A stretch of DNA of 47,909 nt from Octopus bimaculoides (GCF_001194135.2 NC_068981.1:32733619-32781527); one strand, 5' to 3'; shown: positions 23,170-37,442, counted from the first letter of the stretch. Numbers and translations: made by a program. Notes: generated by a model from the letters alone, not told the origin.

Positions 23170-23715
23170 TACTTCCTCTCTGTCCTCTTCTCTCTCACTT
23201 TGCCACTTCTTTGAAGTAAGTGTGACACACACAACAGGTACGACGTACAAAAACAAAAAGTTAGCGTATTAATATTATTGATATACATATATATAATATA
23301 TATATATTTATGAGTATGTATAAGTGTGTGTCTGTGCATGTGTGAAGAGTAATTCTGGTTCTATTTGTCTGTCTAAAATATCATCATATATGAAAACGCA
23401 TATCTGCATATCGTACGATTTCTTTTGCTAAATTCTTGACAAGTGGATTAAGCTAAACTATAGCTAGCTAAGCACTAAATAACATAACATAGCGAGGTTT
23501 GGAAAATAAATAATTCTATGGAAAACACCTTTAAGCTAAAACTGATATTATATGGAAAATAGAAACACTTTAAATTAAGAAAATAAGATGAATATTTTGC
23601 TTCTAAAACATTATTGTTTTGAACTATTCTGCTTTGAAATAGGAACTGTTGAATGAGGAAATGTTTAACTATTAACTTTGTAAAAATTACAGTTGTTTTT
23701 ATTGTTGTTTTTCAG

Positions 23716-23796
23716 GCAGAAATCATTCCCTCTCCCATTGAGCAAATGAATGATCATAGGAGTACCAGCCGCGATCATCCCGTGTCTGTTTTGTGA
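23716..23796 (+). other. Candidate terminal coding exon (AEIIPSPIEQMNDHRSTSRDHPVSVL*)
   Basis: Strong acceptor ttattgttgtttttcag, then 26 open codons and TGA; no upstream partner exon identified. Confidence 0.25.
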
Positions 23797-24112
23797 ACTA
23801 CATTGTTCTAGAACTACATTGTTTCGTATTTTCTTTTCTTAATCTAGCAACGTGCTGTTTGACCAATTTTGGTGGCTATTTTTAGCATATAGGACGACCT
23901 ACAAAAAGATTCAACAAATACTCTCCCTATATTCAGAAATTTACACATCATAATGAACTATCACAATTCTAGAAATACGTTGTTGTTGTTGTTGTTGTTG
24001 TTGTCTTTCTTGTAACTGCTGCTATCGCTGTTGTTACTGATGCTCTTCCTGCTGCTGCTGTTTTTGCTAGGGTTGCTGTTGTTTACTTCAAGTATGCTCT
24101 GATGAATCATAC

Positions 24113-24184
24113 CTTTGGACAAAAGTGCTCCAGCCGGGATTCCCATATTTCATACAGTACATCATGAACTCTATTATCCGTTCT
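24113..24184 (-). other. Candidate 72-nt symmetric exon
   Basis: AAG/gtatga donor with a weak acceptor; frames RTDNRVHDVLYEIWESRLEHFCPK or ERIIEFMMYCMKYGNPGWSTFVQ are open. Confidence 0.2.
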
Positions 24185-24410
24185 CTTTCAGTATGACAAC
24201 AACAAAAATTTATGCTCTGGTTAAATCAATATTACATTTAAATGATGGCATGTTTGTGGAAGCTGTAATACGCCAAATTAAATACGTTGCAATATTTAGT
24301 TTCTCATTTCACCATTCTGAGTCTCTCTCTCCCTTTATCTCTCTCTCTTTGTCTCTCTCACTCTCTCTCTCTTTTCTCTCTCTTTTCTCTCTCTCTCTTC
24401 CTCTCTCTCA

Positions 24411-24488
<78 letters not shown>

Positions 24489-24500
24489 ATACATGCATGC

Positions 24501-24540
<40 letters not shown>

Positions 24541-24564
24541 GTATATACATGTACATATATGTAC

Positions 24565-24603
<39 letters not shown>

Positions 24604-25403
24604 CATATACGTATACATATACATATACAATATATGTACATATATCGTATGCGTATATAAATATATTGTTGGTGTTGTTGTTTCAACATTCGTAGTTAGA
24701 TTACCCAAAAGAAAGAAGAAATATTCATAACTTAAATCGCCTAACCCACCTAAAATTAAACTTAAGGATGGACGGAAGACAAAGGAGTGTTTTAACAAAA
24801 TGAAACATATCGTATACTCTAATTGAATAGCCTAAACCAAATGGAAAGTTACGTAACAAATTTAATCGGTGACTTTTAATAATCATGCAAATCCAACCTA
24901 ACGGAAGGAGGCATAAAGTTTACACATTTCGAAGGTAGATACATTAGTTAATCAAATCACTTTGATATGAGTCTTAAAAACAGATTGTTATTATAAAGAA
25001 ATAGCTATTGATTTTGATACAATCCTCTGTAGTTGCCACAGAATTTAATTAACGCAAAAATTCACAGCCAGTGAACCAACTCATCTGTGGAAGTCACCTT
25101 AACAATATATGTAGAAGACATTGTAACAAGACCTGTATTGTTTTTGGAGAGACTGTCTTAATGAGCGAGTTAAAGACAGTGGATAATATATGCTGAGCCC
25201 GGAAGGTAAAGAGAAATGAATGTTTACTCAAAGTGTACTGAGATAGACGGAATCGGACGTTAAGGATGTTAATCTGAGAGGAAAATTTTCACATCTTTCA
25301 CTAATTTGGGAAATAATAGATATGTAAAATATCGCAATTTACAGATGTTGTTCTCGTTGCTGTTGTTCTTGCTATTATTTTCGATCGATGCTGTTGTATT
25401 TTT

Positions 25404-25463
<60 letters not shown>

Positions 25464-25886
25464 GCACACACACACACACACACACGTGTATATATATATA
25501 AAGTAAAACAACAATACAGTTGAATTTGTTATATAATATTTAGCTGCATTATCCTACGTGCACTTCATTAACAATGAATAAATATCGGCTATATGAGACA
25601 AATCTCTATTTGCAGAGTCATATCTTCAGAGATTGCGTAACACTCTAAAATTGATATTAATGAGGTTGTCGTATCAAATACTACAATGACTGTGCTAACT
25701 TGGGTCAAGTGATTAACTTTTATACATACCAGTGAGAGAGGAATGTGTTTTCTTGATTTCCAATTGTTGATAACAAATAAAAATAAGATATTATCAAACA
25801 CTATATTTTCCCTACCAATAAGCACAACTGTTAGTGACACTTTCAATCTTAAGTCCGGCTAATTATAACTTATTTATTTTAATGCA

Positions 25887-25969
25887 AAGGCATGACAGTG
25901 TGATAAGAAGCATACTTCCCAACCACATGGTTCCGGGTTCAGTCCCATTTCGTTACACTTTGGGCAAGT
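25887..25969 (+). mobile_element. SINE family A head fragment
   Basis: cttcccaaccacatggttccgggttcagtccc...ctttgggcaagt. Confidence 0.75.
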
Positions 25970-26012
25970 ATGTGTGTGCGTATGTAAATATATATGCGTG
26001 TGTGTATGTGCG

Positions 26013-26058
<46 letters not shown>

Positions 26059-29000
26059 GTGTGTCTGTGTGTCTGTGTGCATCTATGTATATATAATAAA
26101 TGTAGAAAATTTAGAGAAATTTTCTAGCAGTGGCCAGCATGCGTTATAAAGTCAATAGACAACATATTTTTCATATGAAATAGTGTACGTATTTATACAC
26201 AAAAGAGGTGACCTTTAACAGGACACCTCTTTTGTGTATAAATACGTACACTATATATATCGTATGTATATATATNNNNNNNNNNNNNNNNNNNNNNNNN
26301 NNNNNNNNNNNNNNNNNNNNNNNNNNNNNNNNNNNNNNNNNNNNATATATATATATATATATATATATAAACAGAAATTGGAGAAATATTGATGAACAAC
26401 AATTGACTTACATCAATTATTATTCATTAATTCAATACAAAAAGACTGCATCCTATCTAATAGCTGTTTCTGCTTCCAATGTTGTATGGCATCACCATTG
26501 ATATGCTAAAAATATTTATTATATTTGATAATAAAACCGATCCGAAACGTAGAGCTTCATCAGAGTGAAGAATAGATAAGAATAGCATAGAGAAGAAAAG
26601 GGAAAAAGTTGAATATGGTTTTAATCATACTATTTTGCTTGTGTATCTCCTTGGGACGTTAAGATAAGGAAAAATACCTTTTGCGAAAGTATGTTAATAC
26701 GAGGTTATGGCTCGCAGAGTTACGTTTCCTTGTATGAAAACTGGTAAAGGAAAATATCATCCAGGTTATAAGGAAAGAAGGAAAGAGTGTAATATTATAA
26801 GCTGAGAGAAAGAGGAAGTGATAAAATTAAAGGAAAAACAGAACCAACAAGGTAAGGTAGAGGAAAGCGGGGATGGTAAACAATGAGAGAGATTTAAAAC
26901 AAAAAACAATAGAAAAGTAATGAGAAAAAAGATAAAATAAAACTGAGAGAGGAACGGTCTCTATCTTGCAGCGACCATTGATTGGGCATATGATGTTATC
27001 CACTACATAAGCAAATGGCCTCAATGCCAGTGGGAGAGTACAACTAGGAGAAACTCTTACGCGTGTACCTATAAAATAAATCTCTACATTTATGCTGTTG
27101 GAACTAGCCCAAGAAAGATATTGCTTAAGTTGGATTTAACATTGTAAATAGTGGTGTGAATCAAATGATTTGGTCGCACTCTTTGCAAAAGGTTTAGAAC
27201 AATTTACACTAAACTTTACATACTGCTTTACCAAAGAAACCGTAATGCAACATTACGAAATATTTGAGAAGTAGAATATGTTATTCTAGAAAAGAAATCA
27301 TGTTAGACTTTCGATAAATCCTGACACCTGAGATCTTCAGTTGGGAAACGAATTACCACGCGTATTCTTAAATAAATTCTAAATACTTCATGGAAATGGC
27401 GTCTATCGCATACTCACAGACCGACAACTTTTGTTTCTTATTTCATCAACTTTGGTAGAATGAAAAATTGACGTTGATCTCCGATAAGATTTATTCCCTG
27501 AACTGAGTATGATAATCACTTCATCCTAGTTTATTAAGCTCTTATCTGCTCTCAGAAAATTATGTTCAGGAGTTAAACAAAACTAATCTTATTTCAATCT
27601 GAGTTGTCTCTGATTTGTACGTGGTGAGGGATAAATTGTGTGGAATATTTAACTTCTAAAAATATTTTAGACTCATTTCAACACAAGATTTACTTTTATT
27701 TGACAGTATTCACTACAATCACTGAATTTTACATGGGCACAATACACCAGGAGGAAAATACCGTGCATTAGTGGTCTATGTGATCTGAAATTGCTGATAC
27801 GGTTTTGTTTTTGTTCCTTTTTTTTTTTTGTGAAGGAATAATCCGAATTCTCATTTTCAGTCTACAACGCAGAATCCAGTCAATACATAATATACATTTA
27901 TAATGATTTGCATTAAGTCAATAGATATTATTTAAAATATTTTAACTTTTACATAAACATTTGAATATTGTGAGTATATTTATAATATAAAGTGGAATAG
28001 ATATTTGATTGAACGATCAGATAAATAATTTTTAGATGTAGTATATCTGCGTTTGCCAGTGACGATTTAATACACTTCAGAGTGTCTCTAACATTTAGAC
28101 GAATCACCCAGAGACTGTCCATTCTATTGAATCCGTTTAAAATGGAATTTCCGAGAGAGGAGATATTCATACACTATTGAAGTGTTCTGATGAGATAATC
28201 AAAGACTACCAATGATGGCGGAAGCCTTGAGGCTACTTAAACAAACTATCAACGCCAAGTTGATTCTGTGAATATAAAGTATTTAGAACCTGATGCGTGG
28301 AATTCTATCACGCTTATTGCATTTACTCAGAATTACAAAGAATTAGCACAGGAAATTAAAATACTGTCTAATGAGCGATAGTAAGATATGTTAAGATGAA
28401 AGACATGAAAATTATGGAAAAACATTGTTGTTGTTTTTGTGATATGATATATACTGTTAACTGTGGGTCTTCAGCAACTATCACTGACACAGAAAAAAAA
28501 AGGGATAAAGAAGAAACTGAAGATATTTCCTTTTATCTCTTCCTCTAGCAGTAAACAAAGTCGTTGCTGAAACCCTTGTTGTAGTCAGTTATAAGTAAAA
28601 TTGCATTGCTCACATACTGCCTTCGCTCATCATAACGATGGTCGTTTGGTTCATACATTCTGTTATTATTTTTGCTTTTATCTTTCTGCTGTTGAATTCA
28701 CGGTGTTTACTGATGTAGTTTCTGCTGCTAAAAGTGCACCTGTTGTTACTTACTTTCCACTTCTTTTACCTTATTGTAAACATTGCGATGGATGATATTA
28801 GTAAATAAAATATTGAGAGATGACGGCTTCGTTGAACCTAAAACATACTGGTTCTTTTGCACGTATGTAATGCATTAACCTGTTCTGATTCAGCTGATCT
28901 TTGATCAACAGTGTTCCAACCACAACCATCCCCCACATTTATGTATTCAAGACTACTTGGCACGATGTGCCCATAATCTATTTTAAGCAGTAGGATGCTA

Positions 29001-29202
29001 TGTCTTACAATACAGTGATATCCTCCCTGCCTCATATATTGTTGTGTAGTAAAAGAAATGTGTATACTTCAGTTGTCCAAACTTATAATATAGGTCTCAT
29101 TTTTGTAGTTGTTATTCCGCAGATCAGTACGGTGGTATCTTATCCGTGATCAAACGTGCTCCAGCCATGATTATTTTGTCTTTTTTACATAATTAGGGCT
29201 AC

Positions 29203-29247
<45 letters not shown>

Positions 29248-29611
29248 NNNNNNNNNNNNNNNNNNNNNNNNNNNNNNNNNNNNNNNNNNNNNNNNNNNNN
29301 NNNNNNNNNNNNNNNNNNNNNNNNNNNNNNNNNNNNNNNNNNNNNNNNNNNNNNNNNNNNNNNNNNNNNNNNNNNNNNNNNNNNNNNNNNNNNNNNNNNN
29401 NNNNNNNNNNNNNNNNNNNNNNNNNNNNNNNNNNNNNNNNNNNNNNNNNNNNNNNNNNNNNNNNNNNNNNNNNNNNNNNNNNNNNNNNNNNNNNNNNNNN
29501 NNNNNNNNNNNNNNNNNNNNNNNNNNNNNNNNNNNNNNNNNNNNNNNNNNNNNNNNNNNNNNNNNNNNNNNNNNNNNNNNNNNNNATATATATATATATA
29601 TATATATATAA

Positions 29612-30007
29612 GCGCAGGCGTAGCTGTGTGGTAGAAAGCTCATTGCCCAACCACAAGGTTCCAGGTTCAATCCCATTGCGTACCAACTTGGCCAAGTGTC
29701 TTCTACTATTGCCTCGGGTCGACCAAAGCCTTGTGAGTGAATTCAGTAGACGGAGACTGAAAGAATCCCATCATATATATATGCGTGTATCTGTGTGTGT
29801 CCCCTTGTGTCTGTGCTTGCCCTCACTCCGTTTGACAATCGGTGTTGGTGTGTTTACGTCCCCTAACTTAACAGTTCTGCAAAAGTAACCGATAGAATAG
29901 GTGCCAAGCTTTAAAAATATAAATACTGGGGTCGATACATCCGGCTAAATATTCTTCAAGGTGGTGCCCCAGTATGACCGCAATTTAATGACTGAAACAA
30001 GAAAAAA
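29612..30007 (+). mobile_element. SINE family A, full-length
   Basis: Head gcgcaggcgtagctgtgtggtagaaagc, CORE-like ccaacttggccaagtgtcttctact, tail ttcaaggtggtgccccagtatgaccgcaatttaatgactgaaacaag. Confidence 0.88.
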
Positions 30008-30106
30008 ACCATATATATGTTCTTCTTTTTAACAAGTGCACCTCGCTATTTTACTAACTCTTATCTACCCAATACAACATTGTACGAAATGTGAATCCTG
30101 AATAAT

Positions 30107-30202
30107 GTACTCTCTGATGAAGGAGGCAGTATCCAATTTTTGGAGTGAAAATACCCTTAAAATCTATGGATTACTCTGCCTCTGAAACAGCCGTAAAAGG
30201 AT
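30107..30202 (+). ncRNA. Type I hammerhead motif with extended stem II
   Basis: CTGATGA (30114-20), A, stem II GGAGGCAG/CTGCCTCT extended by TATCCA/TGGA, then GAAAC-AGCC-GTA (near-palindromic ACAGCYGT); stem I weak. Confidence 0.5.
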
Positions 30203-30306
30203 TACCATCAACAGCTTATCTAAACAGGATTACTTATTCTCTTGGATTACTTACACATGTTCTTTCTAAATACTTATGAACTAAAAATATGATTATATAT
30301 ATATAC

Positions 30307-30360
<54 letters not shown>

Positions 30361-31160
30361 NNNNNNNNNNNNNNNNNNNNNNNNNNNNNNNNNNNNNNNN
30401 NNNNNNNNNNNNNNNNNNNNNNNNNNNNNNNNNNNNNNNNNNNNNNNNNNNNNNNNNNNNNNNNNNNNNNNNNNNNNNNNNNNNNNNNNNNNNNNNNNNN
30501 NNNNNNNNNNNNNNNNNNNNNNNNNNNNNNNNNNNNNNNNNNNNNNNNNNNNNNNNNNNNNNNNNNNNNNNNNNNNNNNNNNNNNNNNNNNNNNNNNNNN
30601 NNNNNNNNNNNNNNNNNNNNNNNNNNNNNNNNNNNNNNNNNNNNNNNNNNNNNNNNNNNNNNNNNNNNNNNNNNNNNNNNNNNNNNNNNNNNNNNNNNNN
30701 NNNNNNNNNNNNNNNNNNNNNNNNNNNNNNNNNNNNNNNNNNNNNNNNNNNNNNNNNNNNNNNNNNNNNNNNNNNNNNNNNNNNNNNNNNNNNNNNNNNN
30801 NNNNNNNNNNNNNNNNNNNNNNNNNNNNNNNNNNNNNNNNNNNNNNNNNNNNNNNNNNNNNNNNNNNNNNNNNNNNNNNNNNNNNNNNNNNNNNNNNNNN
30901 NNNNNNNNNNNNNNNNNNNNNNNNNNNNNNNNNNNNNNNNNNNNNNNNNNNNNNNNNNNNNNNNNNNNNNNNNNNNNNNNNNNNNNNNNNNNNNNNNNNN
31001 NNNNNNNNNNNNNNNNNNNNNNNNNNNNNNNNNNNNNNNNNNNNNNNNNNNNNNNNNNNNNNNNNNNNNNNNNNNNNNNNNNNNNNNNNNNNNNNNNNNN
31101 NNNNNNNNNNNNNNNNNNNNNNNNNNNNNNNNNNNNNNNNNNNNNNNTGTGTGTGTGCGC

Positions 31161-31191
<31 letters not shown>

Positions 31192-31656
31192 GGCCACGCT
31201 ACACGTGTGAATGTGTTAATTGGTTCTTTTAAAGCATTGAGATATAGGAAAATAATTCTTTTCAAGAAGCTACACAAATGCAAATAGACCAATAAATGTC
31301 AGTTCTAAATGTAAAGAATAGAAATGCACTTAAACAAAAAATATGATCAGAAATAACCGAGAGTACCGAAACGTGTCTGCTTGATGACCAGTACATCTCA
31401 ACACCAAGGAAGCCTAAACATTTCAACCATTAGTGATTCTGTCAACTTATTGATTATTAGATAGTACAGTGATTAACCTTATTACCTTTTAATTATTAGG
31501 TAATACAAGGTAATATATTTTCCTCTGGTGAACTTTTGTCATCCTCAGGTCCAAATAGAAATTAAAAGCCTTATGTACTTCGAGTTTCATCATCAAAAAC
31601 GAATTATTTTACGTCTCTCAAAGTTTCTAAATACTCATGAACTAAAAATATGATTG

Positions 31657-31693
<37 letters not shown>

Positions 31694-33132
31694 NNNNNNN
31701 NNNNNNNNNNNNNNNNNNNNNNNNNNNNNNNNNNNNNNNNNNNNNNNNNNNNNNNNNNNNNNNNNNNNNNNNNNNNNNNNNNNNNNNNNNNNNNNNNNNN
31801 NNNNNNNNNNNNNNNNNNNNNNNNNNNNNNNNNNNNNNNNNNNNNNNNNNNNNNNNNNNNNNNNNNNNNNNNNNNNNNNNNNNNNNNNNNNNNNNNNNNN
31901 NNNNNNNNNNNNNNNNNNNNNNNNNNNNNNNNNNNNNNNNNNNNNNNNNNNNNNNNNNNNNNNNNNNNNNNNNNNNNNNNNNNNNNNNNNNNNNNNNNNN
32001 NNNNNNNNNNNNNNNNNNNNNNNNNNNNNNNNNNNNNNNNNNNNNNNNNNNNNNNNNNNNNNNNNNATATATATAATATTATTAGGGATAAAAATCCAAA
32101 TTTACAGGTAAAAACTCAATTAAATTCAATTTATTAAAAATTTTAATTAAATTAAGTTTCACAGTATATTATTCAAATAAATTCCAGTTTTCATTTTCAC
32201 GTTTTATTTACAATGTTATGATAATATAATATAATATAATATAATATAATATAATATGGTATAATATAATGAAATGATAGGATATTAAATGTCCATTCTG
32301 ATTGAACTAGTACTTTCTTTCATGCATTAAACTATGCAATCTTCATATTCATATAGTAGTGGTGACAGTTACGTTTTACAATTCACAACGACGCTGTATA
32401 TATGTATATATATGCATAGCATTGTGTGTAACATCTGAATTCAGTGTAAAATAACATTCAAGAAATAAGCATATTTGCTAAATAATGTTTTCATTATGTT
32501 AGACTTAGTTATAATTATTTATTTTCACATTGAAAGCTGTTGGAAAGTCAACAAATGTTTTTCACTCTTTTCATAGACGATTCACATATTGCCCTTCTGG
32601 TAGTTTCTTGTTATTGTTTCTGTTACTTTTTTCTTTCCCATTTAATTTTACTTTATTAACAAGTAAATAGACGTGGGCAAAAATATTATGGAATAATAGA
32701 TTCAAAGTTGACTACAATTTCTAAATTATTGAAATTTTGGTAACATCTCAAACATGAAATTGCAAAGAAACACAAACATTCTCTGATGATATACGTGAAC
32801 CTGATATTGTGTTAAGAGGTGTCGCTCTGTATATCTGCGTGTGTATGTATGTATGTGTATATTTGTGCATATGTGTATATGTATATGAGTGTGTGTATGT
32901 GACTAAATGGGGGAGAATACAGGATACTTTAAGTTCAGTCGATAACTTAAATAACCTACAGATATATTCTTTGTGAAGTAAGATATTTCTGTTGAGGTGG
33001 CTTGATATATCTAATAAATTCTCTAATACATAAATACATCGTGTGTATGTGTGCGTGTGTGTGTATCTGTGTATGTATGTTTGTGCATTATGTGAATACG
33101 TGTGTGCTTACGCAGGCATATATATCTCTCTC

Positions 33133-33163
<31 letters not shown>

Positions 33164-34153
33164 ATGACATGTTTATATATACGCATGTACATATGCATGT
33201 ATATGAACATATTGATAGATAGATAGTTAGATATAAACACACACACACGTGCGCACTCACACACACATACATGTTTGTGTGTGAGAGTGTATATTTGCAT
33301 GTGAATATGTGATATGTGTGCGTGAATATGTGTATGTGAATATGCGTGTGTATTTATATGTTTCTAAATGTATATGCATTTACAGATATTGCACACATCT
33401 ACATATCTTTTCCTATGTTTATTTCTATCCCTCTGCATGCCTATATTCATATGTTTATATATATATATATATATATATATATNNNNNNNNNNNNNNNNNN
33501 NNNNNNNNNNNNNNNNNNNNNNNNNNNNNNNNNNNNNNNNNNNNNNNNNNNNNNNNNNNNNNNNNNNNNNNNNNNNNNNNNNNNNNNNNNNNNNNNNNNN
33601 NNNNNNNNNNNNNNNNNNNNNNNNNNNNNNNNNNNNNNNNNNNNNNNNNNNNNNNNNNNNNNNNNNNNNNNNNNNNNNNNNNNNNNNNNNNNNNNNNNNN
33701 NNNNNNNNNNNNNNNNNNNNNNNNNNNNNNNNNNNNNNNNNNNNNNNNNNNNNNNNNNNNNNNNNNNNNNNNNNNNNNNNNNNNNNNNNNNNNNNNNNNN
33801 NNNNNNNNNNNNNNNNNNNNNNNNNNNNNNNNNNNNNNNNNNNNNNNNNNNNNNNNNNNNNNNNNNNNNNNNNNNNTATATATACACTCATACGTAAATA
33901 GATATACATATACATACATAGATATAAGTGTGTGTGTGTTTGCATAAGTATGTATGTATAGGTTACTGATCAGGAAACAATACTTGTTTGCCAACATTGC
34001 CTGAACGTGTATAAATGTATAAATAAGCAAGTTAACATGAAACGTAAATGACAAATCTTAAAGTTATAAAAGGAAAAGTATAGACCAGAAAACAATCCTC
34101 AACATAAATACATATATAAATACGCACACACTCACACACACACACACACGTAT

Positions 34154-34198
<45 letters not shown>

Positions 34199-34624
34199 CG
34201 TGTGTGTGTGTGTATGGTAATATTTTGCTATCTAGAGTTTTGGAAGAAAACTGTAACGCAAATAAAGAAATGAATAAATTACTCCAGCAGGTTATCTCAT
34301 ACAGATATTTTGTCCAAGTATTTTCTTTCCACCGTCTGTGTTTGTCTCTACGCATGTATATATGTATATATATATACATGTGTGTGCGCGCGCGCGTGTG
34401 TGTGTTTACATGCATATGTATTTCTACATATATTTATCCGTATTTGCACACGCACATTTATGCATGCATGTGTATATATAAACACACATATATTCAAACG
34501 AACGAACATACATATGCACACACACATACACACATACATATGCATATATATGTATATATATATGCATACATTTATATATACACACGTGTATATATATATA
34601 TATATATATATATGCGTGTGTGTA

Positions 34625-34658
<34 letters not shown>

Positions 34659-35676
34659 CCTNNNNNNNNNNNNNNNNNNNNNNNNNNNNNNNNNNNNNNN
34701 NNNNNNNNNNNNNNNNNNNNNNNNNNNNNNNNNNNNNNNNNNNNNNNNNNNNNNNNNNNNNNNNNNNNNNNNNNNNNNNNNNNNNNNNNNNNNNNNNNNN
34801 NNNNNNNNNNNNNNNNNNNNNNNNNNNNNNNNNNNNNNNNNNNNNNNNNNNNNNNNNNNNNNNNNNNNNNNNNNNNNNNNNNNNNNNNNNNNNNNNNNNN
34901 NNNNNNNNNNNNNNNNNNNNNNNNNNNNNNNNNNNNNNNNNNNNNNNNNNNNNNNNNNNNNNNNNNNNNTATCTGTATGTATGTGTGTATGTATTTATAT
35001 ATGTCTACTTATGAGTGTTTTTGCATGTTCATTCGTTTATTGCTATCTTTGTCATCACTATGTCATTATTATTTTGCATTTTCTTTTCGTTTTTTTTTTG
35101 GGGGGGGGGGTCTTTCTTCTTTTTTTTTCCCCACCTCTTATTCCTTTACATCCTACAAATTTTGTGTGAGTGTTTTCTTTGATGAAGTCAATAATAAGCA
35201 AAGCAATTTCAACTAACGCTAATATTTTTGATTGTTTCTCTATGTTTGCATATAACATATTCGTTTTGATTTAAAACCATATATTTTACAAATATTATGT
35301 TTGTTTGTTTTTTTTTGCTTCTGAGAGTTCGCCGATCGTTTGTGGTTATGGAAAGACTGTCGGCGGTCAGTGTTCGTTTCAGGATACCACTTTAAACATA
35401 GATATACATACACACAGAGTGTGTGTCTGTGTATATGTATATATACATAGATATAGATATAGATAACAAAAGGAAGGCTGTATATGTAATGACTGCAATT
35501 ATATCCGTGGTAGCCTTCGTCTTCACATGTGCTGTGATGCTTCTTACACAGCAATCTATGCAATATTTAGGTATATACATATATGTCGACACACTCATAT
35601 TCAACACCATACTACGAAGCAAATGCACACACATGGATTCTTATGCTTGTGTGTGTGTGCGTGTGTTTGTGTGTGT

Positions 35677-35764
35677 GGATGGATGGATGGATGGATGGAT
35701 GGATGGATGGATGGATGGATGGATGGATGGATGGATGGATGGATGGATGGATGGGTATACATGC

Positions 35765-35809
<45 letters not shown>

Positions 35810-35968
35810 TAATTATGTATATATTTATATATAGATAGAGATAGAGATAGACAGACAGATAGACAGACAGACAGACAGACAGACAGGCAGACAGACAGAT
35901 AGATAGACACACAGACAGTCAGGCAGACAGTCAGACAGACAGACAGACGGACAGACGGACAGGCAAGC

Positions 35969-36054
<86 letters not shown>

Positions 36055-36070
36055 TTAGATAGATAGATAG
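35677..36070. repeat. Compound microsatellite (GGAT)n,(TA)n,(GACA)n,(GATA)n
   Basis: Directly visible. Confidence 0.95.
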
Positions 36071-36302
36071 ATCTACATAGAAATATACATGCGTACATGC
36101 ACTATATACATACATTAATATATACGTTCATAAGTAGATTAATACGGATGCCGATACTTCATAAATAGGGTTCGTACATAAACACTTACATATATGCATC
36201 CCACCCACTGAGAAGTGTATCTTATTTCTATGAAGTATAATTGTTTTACTGGCTTCTTTGCTTTTCTTCTGTCGTTCACAACTATCCCTACACGCGCGCA
36301 CA

Positions 36303-36359
<57 letters not shown>

Positions 36360-36717
36360 ACACACATACACACACACACACACAAGGACGGTCACACTCA
36401 CACACGCCCAAACACCTCGCTTTCTCCCTTTCTCCCAATATTATACCTTCTTTCGTTTTCTTCTTTATACGTTAATGCTTATTTTTTTAATATTCGCAAC
36501 CGAATAAAACATGGTTATGACATATGTGCTCGTGCATATGTGTGTGTGTGTGTCTGTGTGTGTGTGTGTGAATGAGTGTGCGCACACATGTGTGTACGCC
36601 TGCGTGTATGTATGTTTGTGCATGTGTGTGCGTGTGCATGTGCAGACGGGTGTGTATATATGTGTATATATGGATATATATGTGTCTGTGTATAGATAGA
36701 TAGATAGATAGATAGAT

Positions 36718-36756
<39 letters not shown>

Positions 36757-36846
36757 CAGATGCATACATAGGCAGAAACACACACATATATACATATATA
36801 TAAATGTACATATATGTATATATAATATATAATATATATATACACG

Positions 36847-36893
<47 letters not shown>

Positions 36894-37055
36894 TATATAC
36901 ATATATATAAGCATATATCTACATGTATATAAACATACATATATAATATCTATATATATAAATATATATATATACATATATATATACATACATATATATA
37001 TATGCATATATATGTACACACACTTATATATGTATGCACACACATATGTGTGTGT

Positions 37056-37099
<44 letters not shown>

Positions 37100-37432
37100 A
37101 AGAAAAAAAGAAAGAAAGACGTGGGGCCTTCGGTTAAACGGGCAGTCAGTTGCAAGGCTTGATTTGAGTAAAAAGTGAAGCGCTAAGTCATTGATTAAAG
37201 TGTAAGCAACGATTAGTATAGCATTATTAAAGGATAAGTTAAAGTAGATGGGAAGGAATGTTGACCGACCCCCACTTGTAAACAACTAAACAACTGCATG
37301 ACTGACTGACTGGCTTAGAGTTGATTTGTGTTTCATATTAAAAGGGAACTACGAAAAGAGTAGATGAAAGGGACGCTGAAAATACTCCCGCCACCCAAAA
37401 CAACACAAACAACAAACAACGCTTTCAAAAAT

Positions 37433-37442
37433 GAGGATGATG

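Noticed and set aside
25080-25160. Cadherin-like SSVEVTLTIYVEDIVTRPVLF
   Set aside because: It lacks the DxNDNxP motif and is bounded by stops
26535-26570. Hammerhead on the minus strand (CTGATGAAG...)
   Set aside because: No GAAA after a stem II on that strand; too eroded to call
31345-31380. CCGAAACGTGTC hammerhead 3' half
   Set aside because: No CTGANGA or paired stem II upstream
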